A stretch of DNA of 64,000 nucleotides from Eledone cirrhosa (lineage: Eukaryota). The notes under the pieces are model-generated. The model made no database searches, was not told where the DNA came from, and saw only the letters and a program-made list of their open reading frames with translations. Positions within the stretch are counted from its first letter, which is position 1. Each line of letters opens with the position of its first letter. The stretch lies in the NCBI GenBank assembly GCA_964016885.1, contig OZ024746.1:75888001-75952000 (forward strand), read 5' to 3'. Shown here piece after piece: positions 36,386 to 50,383 of this stretch. The translations under genes were made by a program, and so were the position numbers.

Positions 36386-37015
36386 TGGGGGTGAATTGGT
36401 AGATCCGTTAGAGTGCAAAATGCATTTAGCTATGACCCTTTACATTCTGAGTTAAAATCCTGCCAAGGTCAACGTGGCCTTTCATCCTTTTGGTGTTGAT
36501 AAAATAAAGTGCCAGTCACGTACTGGAGTCAATGTAATTGACTTTACCATCCCTTCAAATCATTGGCTTTGTGTCTAAATTAGAAATCATTCTTATTATT
36601 GTCATCTTTATTATTAATGTCAGATAAAATAATGTACCAGTGAAGTACTGAGGTCAATAAAATTGACTTTCCCCACTCTTTCAAATTGCTAACTTTGTCT
36701 CTAAATTAGAATTCGTTATTATTATTTTCATCATCATTATCATCAATATTATTATTGTCATCATTATTTAGGGCACTCACTAAATAACTGCATACAGATA
36801 ATAGTTTTTAATTCAGACACAATGCCAGCAGATGGGGTGGGGTGGGGTTTTTGATTACATCGAACTCCAGTACTTGACTGGTACTTTATTTTATCCACCC
36901 CAAAATGATAAAAGGCAAAGTTCACATCAGTGACATTTGAACTTAAAATGTAAAGAGCTTGAACTAATACTACAAAGCATTTTTTCTGACACTAACAATT
37001 TTTCCCATTCACCAC
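36386..37015. mobile_element. Cluster of three S2 SINE copies (36386-36600 +, 36620-36725 +, 36805-37015 -)
   Basis: S2 body ataaaataaagt.ccag in both orientations. Confidence 0.7.
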
Positions 37016-37228
37016 TCTCACAGACTTAGAAGTACTGATACAGTTGATTAAAAGTATTATATGTATTAATGATAATTATAGGAGGAAAATTATGGGTATA
37101 TTTATATATATTGTGCTGATTAAAGCGTCATATAAGATTTTCTATAGTATATTGTTTACATACAAGACAGAGACTAAGATTAACTCTTTCATGATTGTAT
37201 TTTTAATGAAATACACTCTATATATATA

Positions 37229-37720
37229 TTGAACAATGAAATCAAAAGACAAAGTTTAGTGCTTAATTAGTTCATTGTTTTACGATCGTTTCCAAAGGTG
37301 GATTGACCATGATAAATTGATATAGTGACTAATCGATAGTAGTTGTGCAACTTCATACTAGTTTTGATGCTAAAGATCCATCGCACCGTCTTTGTCAGAA
37401 GCTTGTTTAACCCTTTAGTATTTACATTACTCTATATATGCTATTGTATTTCCACAGTAATAATATCGAATCTTTGAGATTTTGATATTATTTATTTTGA
37501 GAACAATACCTTAACATTGGTATGAGTGTCCAGGTTTGAACAGAAAGAGGTTAGAGAATTCTGGCTGGATATGGCTGGGTTAAATGCTCTACGAAGTCCA
37601 ATATGATGAAAGCCTACTACAAAAATAAAAACTCTCATCACCTGATATCATTGGAAATTTTTACTTCTGTACTAATTGGAGTTCAAACAGCATTTTTGGC
37701 CTCACCATAGACAGTTAGAT
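37229..37720 (-). mobile_element. TA-embedded Penelope-like element interrupted by MITE B; paralog at 60641-60850
   Basis: ttgaacaatgaaa.caaaag.caaagtttagtgcttaat... shared by both loci; hammerhead-like motif at 37276-37402(-). Confidence 0.55.
37407..37591. mobile_element. MITE family B (reverse orientation)
   Basis: ttaaccctttagtatttacattac...gggttaaatgct. Confidence 0.75.
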
Positions 37721-38986
37721 ACTTGTGAAATACACTCTATTTCAATTGATTAATGGAGAATTTTGAGGGCTTTAATATTTTACGTGTGATCTTTGTGTTT
37801 ACTTCTTCACATACAAAGTCTATCTTCTTTCCCAAAATGCCGCACAATGGGATTGAACTCAGGACTTAATGATTGCAAAGCAAACTTCTGAACCATTCAG
37901 CTATGATGTGTCCATATATATATGTAACCCATTAGCAACCACGCACCACGTTTATTCTTATATATACACATACGTATTTGATATTACTATAAGTAGCCAC
38001 AATCTTTGTTTTTAAAATAGAATTTGGTCTGGTCGTCTCATCATATTTACATTATAAATGAATGTTTCTCATGAACTAGTGTGGTAGGGTGGACAGGTTT
38101 GTCTACTGCTATATACTGCAGTTAACTTACAAGGTTAACAACTCACACAAAAATAAATATATACAAAAAAGGAGATTCGTTATTTAAGTATATCCAAATA
38201 TAGCATCAACAAGGACATCTAGTTATCTAACAGAAAGATTTTCAATATCAGTTGACCATAAAAGACAGGCATTAGTTTGCATTCCAGTTATGTGTATTGA
38301 CCTAAATAAGTAGTCTCTCTTTGAATGTTTGAAGAGAAAAAAATACATGGAAGTAAAAAGAAAATGATTAATGCATATCACTTGAAAGTAGCTTTAACAT
38401 AAAATAGTCTTATTTTAATATGATGCTACTAGATCCTGTTGGCCAAATATGATATCACAGAAGTTTAGTATATTTTGTTGGTTAATTTTAAACTATCAGA
38501 TAAAATCTTGAATTTTTCTCTGAAGCATAAAAATCAAATCTAATATATAATAACTTCTCTTTATCTGTTGCCGGCATTTATTTGTAATTTTCTGAAGAAA
38601 ATTGGGAGATTGTTGCTCATGACTATCTGATCACGTTTTTTATTTTTATTTTATTTTTATTCATTTCTGTAGAATAAAAATAAACACAAAAAATAATTTA
38701 TTTGAGAATTATTTTATGAGGAAATTACAAACTGGTTCCATCTTCTGTGATAAACAAAGAGAAACATTTTGTTCTTTCTATTTTCTATGATTTCATTAAT
38801 ACCTTGAAGTAATAAATGTTGTTTTAGCTCTGAATAATAATAAGTAGGTCATTGTTTGTTTGGTTTTCTATTGTTTACCTGAGTTTAGTTGGCGATTATT
38901 GTTTCAGAAGTATTACCGAATAATATTAATTGTAGAGAAAATATAATCATCTCTACCAACATCATTCTAGAAATATTAAAACCTAC

Positions 38987-39290
38987 TTAACTCTTTCATT
39001 ACCATATTTCTGATGAAACACACTGCTTATAACTTTCAAATAATTTTGAAAATAATCAAGAATTTGGAGAGATTTAATAATATAACTAACTTGCTCATTG
39101 TTAAGGTGGTGTTTGGAATATAACTTAATAAAGGTTCTTATATAAAATTATGATGAATATTTTAAAATATTCAATATTGTTTCCTTGGTCCAATCTCACT
39201 CAGTAAGAAAATGAGGTCTGGGATTTTGATTTGGATCAATAAATAAAAAACCAAGAGCAGTTTCAGGTGGATTGGTATCAAAAGAGTTAA
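38987..39290. mobile_element. MITE family A, complete
   Basis: ttaactcttt...aaagagttaa termini. Confidence 0.8.
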
Positions 39291-40177
39291 TTTTGCTTAT
39301 ATCTAATGTAATTATCGACTATATAATTTAAATTCTACTGGAGTAGCCAGTACATTTTCTTTAAAGGAGATCTTGTTTTGTTGCATTTTATAAACAAAAG
39401 AGAAGGTCTCTGATGAATCTCTTGTGTGGTGAACTGACTGGAAAGTCGAATGGAGTAGAAAGTGTATTTTCTGCTCTCATTAGAAATATACACACACACA
39501 CAATTAAGAATCTTTACATTTTGTCCCCAGACTGGAAAAATATCCCCACTAATCTATGGACTCAAGTATAGTTTAACACAAAGTAGTCCTTGTTGTATTT
39601 TTCTTTTGGTAATGACTAATCTCCATTCACTATTTAAAATTTACAAGCCCTAAAATCTATTATGTAAATTTCTGAAAAACTTCCTATTTATTTGTATTCT
39701 AAGGTCAAGCTTCAGTAAACTGCTGTCTTTAAATGTTTTCATGAAATTGAACTATTTACTTTGGAGAAATAATCATCATCATCACTGTTTTATGTCTGTT
39801 TTCTATGCTGGCATGAGTTGGACAGTCTATCATAGCCTTAGATTAGACAGATCTCACAGCTTGCTCATGTGTTCGATTTTAGCATGGTTTCTATGAATGG
39901 ATGCCCTTCTTAATGCCAACCAGATTACAGGGTGTGCCAGGTGCATTTATCATGGTACTAGCACTACCACTTTACAGAGTAAACTTGGTGCATTTTAGTG
40001 TAGCAGATTACTTGTACCACTTCTAAACAATTCTATTTTATTTGATAATTGGAGAAGAAAAGGTAGTGTTCAAAGACTTTTTAGTCCTTGTATAATAATT
40101 CACTACTAGTAAAATATTTTGTGGGGACACTTAGATCTCCTTGCTCTTTGTATATTAGCTATGCTTTATATAACTGG

Positions 40178-40660
40178 TTAACCTCTTTGTTACTGCATTT
40201 TTAATGAAATACATTGCTGTGAAATACACTGTGTTCCAAATAAATCTGAAAATAACCAAAATTTTGGAGGAATTTAATAAAATAATTAAGATTTTCATTC
40301 GTAAATTGACACTTAGAAGAATACACAACAACAATTTCTTTTTCTTCGCCCACTTATTCCTGAGAGGGTCATGGAGGCAGAGTGCTGAAACATTCCTTCC
40401 AGTGGGTCCTGTCAGAAGCAACTGTCTCCAATTGATCCGGCTGGATTTCCAAGCATGACCAACCAAGCTCATGGATGTATCCAACCATCTTGCTCGGGTC
40501 TACCCCAGGGTCTCTTGGCAGTTGGTTTTGCCCATAAAATCTGTCCAGCAAAAATTTCTAAAATAAAATTGTGATTGATTTAATATCAGTGTAAACATTT
40601 TAAAATGAGTAGTTTTGTATCATAAATCCAGGAGGATTTCAAGCAGTTTGGTATCAAACT
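40178..40660. mobile_element. MITE family A interrupted by a Rex3-like RTE fragment (40338-40549, -)
   Basis: MITE halves colinear with intact copies; RTE piece encodes ...YIHELGWSCLEIQPDQLETVASDRTHWK; aatttct on both sides is a possible TSD. Confidence 0.7.
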
Positions 40661-41369
40661 TGATCAGTCTTGAGATGGACTTAAGAAACTCAGTCAACAA
40701 TTTATTATTGCTCTTAAATGCTTTCCAGACAGTTATATTATCTACTCAAGCAATTTAAAACATAGACATGAAAACAGTTTTAATAGACACTCATTAGTAA
40801 ACACTAAAACAAACTTTACTATTTCACTGGCCTGCAAAAAACACAAAGCAGTGTGAGAAGAATCTTTCTTAGTCAACACTGTAATGGAAGCCCAAAGTTT
40901 GCTATACATTTTGAAGAAATTGCTTGATAAGTTTCTTGGGTGAAAAAGATTATCTTTGGTCTCAAGTGCTTAGCTGACAGCTGTTAGATATTTGGGAGAG
41001 AAACATATGATACTGTGTAAGCTGTTATCTTTCACTATTGCCTTTTGCTGTTTGTAACAAGAACTATCACCCATCTACATAGATACACATAGCAATAGAT
41101 AGATAGGATATGGGAGAGAGAAAGATTTATTTATATATATATATACACACACACACACATGCTATGTTCTTGTATTTGTTTTGTGTATATATATACAGAG
41201 AGAGGGGGGGGGGGGGGGGGGGGGGTAGCAGCTTTGTGAATGAAATTTATTTAAGAGTTTTCCAATGGGAATTACTGATAAATCTAATTTGCTTGCATGT
41301 GTAAGGTACATGTGTAAACATCTGATTTGTGATTGAAATTATGAAAAAAATGTTCATAAATTAAATGAA

Positions 41370-41725
41370 GTATGCATGGTCATCTGGTTAAGGAGTTAGC
41401 TTTGTAATCGTGTGGTTCTGTGTTCAGTCCTGCTGTGAGTCACCTTGGGCATGTGTTTTTCTTCTACTATAGTCATAGGTTGATTAATACCCCTTGTGAA
41501 TGGAATTTGGTAGACAGATACTGCAGAAGCCTGTCATATATGTGTGTGTGTGTCTGTCTATGACTGTGTTTACATTTGTGTTTGTGTCTATATCTATATA
41601 TATATCCTATAACCTAACAGTTTGATAAAAAAAAAAAAGATAAGTAGTAGATAAAATATGTACTAGACATGAAAAAATAAGAACTGGGGTTGATATGATT
41701 GACTGAACCAGTAAAAGAATAAAAT
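41370..41725 (+). mobile_element. SINE family S3, near full length
   Basis: tRNA-like head, gttcagtcc B-box-like, internal (TG)n, tail gaactggggttgat...gactg. Confidence 0.7.
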
Positions 41726-41869
41726 AATGTATATTTTATTTAATACTAAGTTCTTGCATTTAGAAGTTTAGCTGGAGACTGAGTGTTTTATAAGATGCCA
41801 ATAGCCAAGATGTTGCAGTTTGATATCACTTTCAATAAATTTGTATATTTCTTGTTTACAAATATGTCA

Positions 41870-42560
41870 GTTCTGATGATGAGCATTCCAGTTGTTCAAA
41901 CAATGGAACAGCCTTCTTATGGAATTAATGTGCATGCATTCTTAACGTAGTTCTCAGGGAGATTCAGCATGACACTGTACAAAAAGGCTAACCCTTTGAA
42001 GTATAAGGTGCAATACATTTTTACCAGCTGAATGGACTGGAGCAATGTAAAATTTGCTCAAGAACACAACATACCACCAGGAAATGAACTCCTAACCTTC
42101 CTGATTGTGAACTGAACATCCTTAACCACTTAGCTATGTACCGTCATTTCATAACTGTATTCTAATGAAAAATTAACTTGTGTTCCTTCGTTATCTTCTC
42201 TGAGAGGTTCAGTGTTTTGAAATCAAGTTTCACCACTGATGGAGTAGTTAGGGTTAGTAGTGGTAGTGCTTGTAGTAATTTATAGCTAGTAGTAGTAGTA
42301 ATAGTAGAAGAAGAAAAGTGAAATTAAATGAAAAAAAAAAAAAATGAAATTTCCAACTCACACCTATGCAGGCTTAGCTGGCCGCATATGAGTTTGCATT
42401 TCAGGTATTTTAATGAAAGCGACCCTAGTCCTACTATATATAGCAATGTGAAATGAAGCATCATGCTCACGAACACAACACACCACCCTGACCAGGAATT
42501 AAAACCATAACCATATGATTATTAATTCAACACCCTAACTACTAGGCTACATACCTTCAT
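41870..42560 (-). mobile_element. Two CORE-headed SINEs (41870-42146 tail 1; 42345-42560 tail 2)
   Basis: Reverse complements of the 8576-8890 and 8908-9133 types. Confidence 0.7.
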
Positions 42561-42951
42561 TAGTGGTAGTAGGCTGCATGCTTTATATTAACCCATCTAC
42601 AGCATGGAATTCTACCATTTTAAGATTAGTTTTCCCCCCATTTAAGCCCCCCCCCCCTCCTTCTCTCTCTCCCTTGAGATCAATGTAATAGATAGAAGGT
42701 CACATAGGGTGGCCAAGCATTAAACTGATAAGGAATGCCAACCTCCTTATTTCTAGACATCATCTAAATTCAATACTCTCATGTTTCTTCATTCTATTTT
42801 CAACACACACACAGATATATCACCATCACCAATGTTCCATGCACACACATTTTTTTATATGAATCATCATCATCATCATCATCAGGTTTAGCGTCCGTGT
42901 TCCACGCTTGCATGGGTTTGGACGGGGGTTTTCCCACTTGAGGCAAGAGTG

Positions 42952-43411
<460 letters not shown>

Positions 43412-43585
43412 CTAACAAATAGTTTTATTGCTTTACATGGCTGAATACAAGAAAGGTAAATCTGAGTTTTTCAAATATTAATGATAATATTCGATTTGTT
43501 TGCAATTATGCAAACAGCCTCTTGAACCATGTGAGTAGAATGACCTTGCCATCCTTGCTCTTGTGTTGGCATATAAACAGAATGG

Positions 43586-43627
43586 CAGACACTAATGTTT
43601 CTGGGTCATTACCCTTCATCAGTGCTG
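43586..43627 (-). ncRNA. Minimal hammerhead-like motif
   Basis: Minus strand cagca-CTGATGA-a-gggt-aatg-accc-a-GAAA-ca-tt-agtgtctg. Confidence 0.55.
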
Positions 43628-43983
43628 TATACTGTTTACCTGCCAACTGTTGGAGGTAAGGAAAATATGATATTTTCTGGAATATACGTATACATATATT
43701 ACATACATATGTATTTATATATAAATATATGAAGAAATGAAACCCCAAAAAGCCCAGTACATACATATGTTATTTTTTCATCTCTCTCCCCCACCTCTCT
43801 CTCTATATATATAATCATCATCATCATCGCTTAACATCTATTTTCCATATTAGCATGGGTTATATATATGTGTGTATGTGTATATCAAAAAATCGTTTTC
43901 ATATATCAAGTTGAGAAACAAAATCTAGAATTATGTAGATATATATAGACCAACAAATAATAAATGTTCTCACATTAAAAAAT

Positions 43984-44115
43984 ACATACAGCCGTTTCAT
44001 GGAAATCCTGAATACGATGTTTATAATCGATGTTAATGATAGGTATCAATCACCAATTATTGACTTTTGTAATAAACATCATCAAGATCAGGGAAAATTT
44101 CCATTCGTCGATGAG
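43984..44115 (-). ncRNA. Hammerhead-like motif with ~105-nt stem II (degenerate)
   Basis: atggaaat/atttccat and gatgtttat/ataaacatc stems; minus-strand flanks tcGACGA and GAAA-cggctg-TA. Confidence 0.4.
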
Positions 44116-44319
44116 AGCTCCAGATCTTTTCTCTATAAATCTCACACTGTACATTAACTAGCAATCTGTCCGAGCAAGATTTTCAAAATAAAAGCACATG
44201 ATGCCAAAAATTAATGTGTTAAAGAAGGGCAGATATTTTACGGTACTGATCATAAAGAGTCCTAAAGATAGCAGTCAGAACAAGTCCCTATATGGCAGCT
44301 CCAGAAATTTAAAATTTGT

Positions 44320-44658
44320 TATACACTATAATTTGGTTTAATCCATATATCTAAAAAATATATATTGATTCTTCTTCGCCAACTTATTCCTGAGATGGTC
44401 GAGGTGGCAGAGCCCACAAACAGTCCTTCCAGCGATCCGGTTGGATCCGAGCTCATGGATGTTATCCAACCATCTTGCTCGAGGTCTGCCCCTGGGTCTC
44501 CTGCCAGTTGGTTTTTGCCAGTAAAATCTGTCCAGCAATTAAAAAAAGTCGGCAAAGTTCTGGCTGGTTCCCCAAGCATTCATTGAACTTTCCGTGTTGA
44601 GTAACATAATCAATATATATTTTTTGTATATATGGATTAAACCAAATTATTGTGTATG
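44320..44658. repeat. ~50-bp inverted repeat flanking a Rex3-like RTE fragment
   Basis: ataatttggtttaatccatatat...tatattgatt (44320-44370) mirrors 44608-44658; KPTGRRPRGRPRARWLDNIHEL fragment between. Confidence 0.75.
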
Positions 44659-44663
44659 TGTGT

Positions 44664-45014
44664 ATCATCATCATCATCATCATCATTTCATTTTACGTCC
44701 GCTTTTTCCCTGCTTGCAAGGGTGGGACGGGAACTGATTCTGGCTTGATTTCTACAGCTGGATGCCCTTCCTAACACCAACCTCATTTACAGTGAGTGCT
44801 GGGTCCTTTTTTTCCGTGGTGCCTACACGTCCACTTTGCTGTGGAATGATATGGACCCCAGTCCCTATCATCTCATTTCTACAGCTAAGTAACCTGGAGC
44901 AATGTGAAATAAAGTGTCTTGCTCAAGGAAACAACACATCACCTGGTCTGAGAATTGAACTCACAACCTTTCGATTGCAAGGCCAATGCTCTAACCACTA
45001 AGCCATGTATCTCC
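44664..45014 (-). mobile_element. Full-length S1 CORE-SINE
   Basis: Reverse complement of the 4024 head plus young-subfamily tail and (CAT)n. Confidence 0.9.
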
Positions 45015-45034
45015 ATTGTACACACACACACACA

Positions 45035-45077
<43 letters not shown>

Positions 45078-45121
45078 GCACACCCACACCCACACACACA
45101 CACACACACACACACGCAGGG

Positions 45122-45171
45122 GCTTTCCTGATGATTTTGTTTGAATGAAACAGTTCTTGTCCTGTGAAAGC
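45122..45171 (+). ncRNA. Type-I hammerhead-like motif lacking the H17 nucleotide
   Basis: gctttc-CTGATGA-ttttgtttgaat-GAAA-cag-ttcttgtc-ctg-T-gaaagc; stem I 6 bp, stem III 3 bp plus A-U. Confidence 0.45.
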
Positions 45172-45699
45172 TATTTCTATATTAAAGATGATGTTTACAC
45201 TCTACCAATGTATTGAGTACCCTACTTACTGTGGTTACCCTGATTGAACCCAGGACTCTCCCTCTGTCTGTCTCTCGCTTTCTCTCTCACACACAAAGAG
45301 GAAACTGAAAGAAATATAGATATTTATGTACTGATGTTTTTATTTTCATTTCTTTGTGTATCTGGGGTGGCAAATATGGAGATTTGTGGGAATGGGGTGG
45401 GGCAGATTGTTTTCCACTTTACCAACATTACCTTTGTAAAGAGTAAGTTTCTTGAGCACGAGGAAACTAGATATGCTACTTCTAAATTTAATGTCAAATA
45501 ATAATAATAATTTCTAATTTAGACTGGAGGCCAGCAATATTGTAGGGAGAGGAAGTTATTGAGATCTATTGACTTCTCAGGCCAGTTTATATACTGCTTC
45601 GAGCAAATGAGTAGATGATGTCATTTGGGGTGTGCCAGGTTTCCCTGGGTTGGGAAAATGTTGGGTACAAGGGTTCAGCAAGGGAGGTGAATCAGTTAC

Positions 45700-46006
45700 G
45701 GTTCATTCACATGTCCATACCATTGCCTCTAATGCCCAGTTTTTCTCTCAGCTCATTCGTACTTCATTGCTCGTGTGTACTACAATTACACATCTATCAA
45801 ACCATGTTCGCCTTCTTTCTTTCCAATCTCCATAAGTCCTCCATACACAAAGCCCAAGTTTCACTGCTATGCAGCATTGCTGTTTGCACACAAGCATCAT
45901 ACAATCTGACTTTTATTCTCAGGGAGAGACCCTTTGTAGCAAGCAGTAGTAGTAGCTTCCTGAATTTTTTCCAGCCCATCCTTACTCTGGCTACTGTACT
46001 CTCAGA
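45700..46006 (-). mobile_element. RTE LINE fragment
   Basis: ESTVARVRMGWKKFRKLLLLLATKGLSLRIKVRLYDACVQTAMLHSSETWAL, homologous to 53912-54649. Confidence 0.85.
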
Positions 46007-46333
46007 CCCCCCCCCCCCCCCTCACACGCACATATGATATAACTCCATAGGAGGTCAGCTAAGCTTGAATAGGTGTGAGCTATAACAACAACATACATAC
46101 ATACATACTTATACATATGATAGGATTGATGCCTCAATCATTAAAACATCTCTGATAAACTTTCTATGAGATACAACTTCGTAGGATGCCAGCCAAACCA
46201 GCATATAGATGTGAGCTGTAAATTTCTTTTCATAAGGTATATTATTGTCTGCTGAGTTTTGAGTCATATTCTGCTATTAATGTAGCTTCAGTAACTCATT
46301 TTATTCTTTTATTCTTGTTATTAATCTTAGGGC

Positions 46334-46545
46334 ATTGGATTGACAGCATCGGTAGAGTGTTGGACATGTTTTGCAACATAGAGTTATGGCTCTTTATGAT
46401 CTGAGTTTAAATCCCACCGAGGTTAGCTTTGCCATTCATCCTTACGGGGCCGACAAAATAAAGTACCAGTAGCGCACTGAGGTTGATTTGCTTTTTCCCC
46501 TCCCTCAAAATTGTTGGCCCTGTGGCCCAAATAAGAAATCATTAA
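46334..46545 (+). mobile_element. SINE family S2
   Basis: S2 head and body cattcatccttacggggccgacaaaataaagtacc. Confidence 0.8.
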
Positions 46546-46859
46546 TCTCTGTACATTCTACCAAACTTTGTTTTGTATTGTACAATTTAATATATTGAAA
46601 AGGCTTCTTGTAGTAAATACATGTTTCAACACATGAGTAAATTTGTAATTGGTGTGTCAAAGGCTACAGCTAAAGTTATGATATTTTTAATAACTTTCAT
46701 ATTTACATTTGAGTGTATGAAGAGCCTTAGTCAGTTGAAGTTTATTGCAGCTTATGGTTTGTAGGTTTTTGATTTGTTGTGGGTGATAATTCTAAAAATG
46801 TGCTTATGTCATATGTCAAATGTAGTTTTTATAATATATTATAAAATAAAACACAATAT

Positions 46860-46965
46860 CTGTGCCTCTGTCTGTCTGTGCTTTTCTTTGTGCCTCAGTA
46901 TGTACCTCTGTGCCTCAGTATGTACCTCTGTGCCTCAGTATGTACTTCTGTGCCTCTGTCTGTGA
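46860..46965. repeat. 20-bp minisatellite (tgtgcctcagtatgtacctc)x3 with decayed flanks
   Basis: Direct inspection. Confidence 0.85.
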
Positions 46966-47429
46966 CCTGTCCTGTATTATAGAAAATAAATATGGTGGTG
47001 CAATTTTATATCATTTGCACTTGAAAATTTTATACACTTTTAAACATACATTATGAAGCAAAGCTGCATACACTTGCTTACACATTATATATGTTACTGA
47101 AACTCTGTGATACTCAGAGGAGTGCATGGTTGATAAAATAAAGTACCAGTCAAGTACTGGGGTTAGTGTAATCAAATATTCCCCTACCCACATATTTTTG
47201 GTCTTGTGTCTATATTAGAAATTATCACTTATGATTACCACCACCACTATAATGATAATCATGTTCATTATCATTATCCCCACCACCACCACCACCACCA
47301 CCACCACCACCACTACCATCATCATCATTAAGAGACTTGGTATTTATCAGTATCTGATTCCTTTATCCTACTCTCCCTCTGTAATACCTTATGTCAATTT
47401 AACAAAGCTAGCTAACCTCCACAGATCTT

Positions 47430-47845
47430 CAGACCAACTAGGTTTGGTTGTTTGTTTACTTAGTAGTAAAAAAAGTCTGAAACTATCAACCTCTGCACAT
47501 CCACTTCACAGAGCATACTCTTTGTAGAATTTGTTAATGTCAAAAGCCCTCATGGTTCACCCAAGTGACATTCTAAGTATCAATGCAAGTCATCTTGGAT
47601 CCAAGCAGAAATCAACCTAGTTATTTGGAAAGAGGCAGCTGCAAAACATAAAACCTGGAGACAAACTATCTTTAAGGGACCAAATATTTTCAAAAACTAA
47701 CAAAGACTCCATGATGATCAATGCTGTACTGAAAGGAAGGCAAAGATGAACAAGCCATCCACTCCAATAGACTCTTGTGCAACATATGCCAATGTTTATT
47801 CCTTAACAAACTGGGACTGTTTAGCTATGTCTGTCATAGCATCAT
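47430..47845 (+). mobile_element. Decayed BovB-type RTE C-terminus with zinc-finger remnant
   Basis: AEINLVIWKEAAAKHKTWRQTIFKG...RKAK, then LCNICQCLFLNKLGLFSYVCH. Confidence 0.6.
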
Positions 47846-48199
47846 GGCAGCAATATTTAAGAATCTAGAAAGAAACCAATGTTTAGAATCAAGCTGGTGT
47901 CAATGACGATGATAATATATGCATATGTGTGTGTGTGGATGTGTCTGTATGTGTGGTTATGCTATAATTAGTATTGGTACCATTTGATGTTTATTGTTGA
48001 TCTACTATTAAAAATATGGGAACACATTTCACAAATACAAAAGAATTTTGAAGAGTGGAGGACAGAAAGTAACATATGTGGATTGTATTCATAGGAATGT
48101 GATCTTACCAAGTCTCTTCTCCCTATACTCTTTCTCTTTCTCAAATGCTCTCTTTTTGTCTTTCTCTATCTCACACTCTGTCCTTGTCTTTCTCTCTCA

Positions 48200-48985
48200 C
48201 TTGCACATGTAACACATACATATTTAGATACATTCATACACACATAAATACATACAAACATGCATATTTAGATACATATTTAGATACATTCATACACACA
48301 TAAATACATACAAACATGCAGACACTTACACATACCTACAGAAATATATGCAAGCATATACACATTTACATAAATACACACATTGCATATATACACACAC
48401 ACATTAGTCAGAAGGCAAGTACAAAATCACATAGACATAAACATGAATATACACATAAACAAGAATGGTAATATAAAGACATATACATACATGCATATAA
48501 ACATGAATGTACACCCCCAATTTGAAATATGAACTGGAGTATATTTGATACTGATGTAATGAATAAAAAGAGAAGCAGTTGGAAATATAACTCCCTAGAA
48601 CAACATCGTGTAGATTATCTACCTCCAATAAACACACATTCATACATTCATACACACACACACATTCACTTAAATACACACACACACATATCTATACATT
48701 CATGCACATATAGAAATGCAAACACATAGATGCAAATATAAAGGGACATACCCACATGCACACACTTATACTCACATGTATACACACATGCTCACAAGCA
48801 TACACACACAGGCTTGCTTATAAGTATACACACACTCACAGACATACTCAAAAACATATACACATGTGCAAATACACATATATACATGTACACACATAAA
48901 TGCAAATAAAATACACACTTGCAAACACAAAGAGATATAACCCCCACCCCTCATCACACACACACACACACATACAAATACATAC
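48200..48985. repeat. Degenerate (CA/TA)n tract with an internal ~45-bp direct duplication
   Basis: atatttagatacattcatacacacataaatacatacaaacatgca occurs twice within 48220-48320. Confidence 0.85.
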
Positions 48986-49199
48986 AAAGTAAGATACTTT
49001 GTGGTGAATAAGACTAGTAATAGCCTGATAGTGAAGATTCAAGGGGAATGGAAGAATGTTAGGGTACTTCTAGTCCTGTTGGGACTAAAGGATCATTCCT
49101 TCTCCAGAAATATGTGTAAAGAGTTTAATGGTAGTGAAACATAAGCAGTGAATGCAGAAGAACAAATTTCACACAGTCCATTAGATATCCAATGTTGAT

Positions 49200-49495
49200 A
49201 TAAACAACAACAACATACAAGAACAAGCATTTTAAGGCTATTTTCTTTGCTAAAAGCTAGTGTTAGCCCTGCAGTTGCCATGATTAGCTTATCCATTTTA
49301 CCCTATCGCCTCATCCCCTCCCTCACCAGACCCCTAGCTTTCATTTTCTCCTTTAGCCATGTAGTTTTATGGGCTTCTCTTCCTCCACTTCCCTCCATAT
49401 TCATTTCTATCACTCCTCTCACCCAGTCACTCTCATCCTTCTTCAATATATGACCCGACTGCCTCATTCCATTGCTTCTCACAACATCATCAACA
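49200..49495 (-). mobile_element. RTE LINE 3' fragment, same family as 2612-3185
   Basis: (CAA)n tail, reverse GHILKKDESDWVR and EGSGGR motifs. Confidence 0.7.
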
Positions 49496-50383
49496 TTATT
49501 TTATGTGCTTACATGGATTGGATAAATTGTTAGAACCTGAGACTAGACAGGTCTGGGGTGATCACTTCTTGCTCATACATTCCATTTGAGGCATAACTTC
49601 TACAGCTAGATATCATTCCTGATGTCAACCACTTTATAGAGTGTACTAGGTCTGTTTTATTGTAGCACCAGTCATATCACCTGCAGAATTTACTGGGAGC
49701 ATTTTATCATGGTACCAGTACTACTGCATATATTTATGTAAATGCACTATTATATTATATTATATTTTGCGAGTGTAAACTTGGCTGAAGAAGAATATTA
49801 TATCATATTATATTATGATATATTGTATTATATTATATTATATTATATTATATTATATTATATAAAACGTGGGCTCCTTAAGCCGTAGTGAAGGCAACCC
49901 ATCAAGGAGAGCACACACTCCAACTAAAACCTAATATACCAAGGCATTTAATCCAACACCAACAGCTCTACCAATTCATTACCTTTCATAGATATTATAG
50001 CAGTTCTTTGAAATGAGCCCATAACTTGGCAATCAGTGGCTAATGGATAATTTTAAAAATTGATTTATAGGTTATCAAATTTCACTTATCCGGTATTGGT
50101 TAGTAGAAAACACTTGTCCAAGGTCCCACACAGTGATACCAAACTCAAAGCCATGTTGTAATAAAATGAACTCTTTAACCAGATAGCCATGTTGCACCTA
50201 GATACATATAATCTTTGATGATAGCCCATCATGTAAAGTGGTTATTGTTTGCAAAGACATTCAGCTGTAGGGAACCAAGCCAAAAAACAGTGCATATGAG
50301 CAAAACATGGTCACCTGACTTGTCTGGCCCCATAACATGACAGCCCATTTAACCCATGCAAGCATGGAAAATAGACATTAAGC

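Noticed and set aside
39010-39025. CTGATGAAAC as a hammerhead core
   Set aside because: No stem II between CTGATGA and GAAA; it is a variant of the MITE A motif ttctaatgaaa
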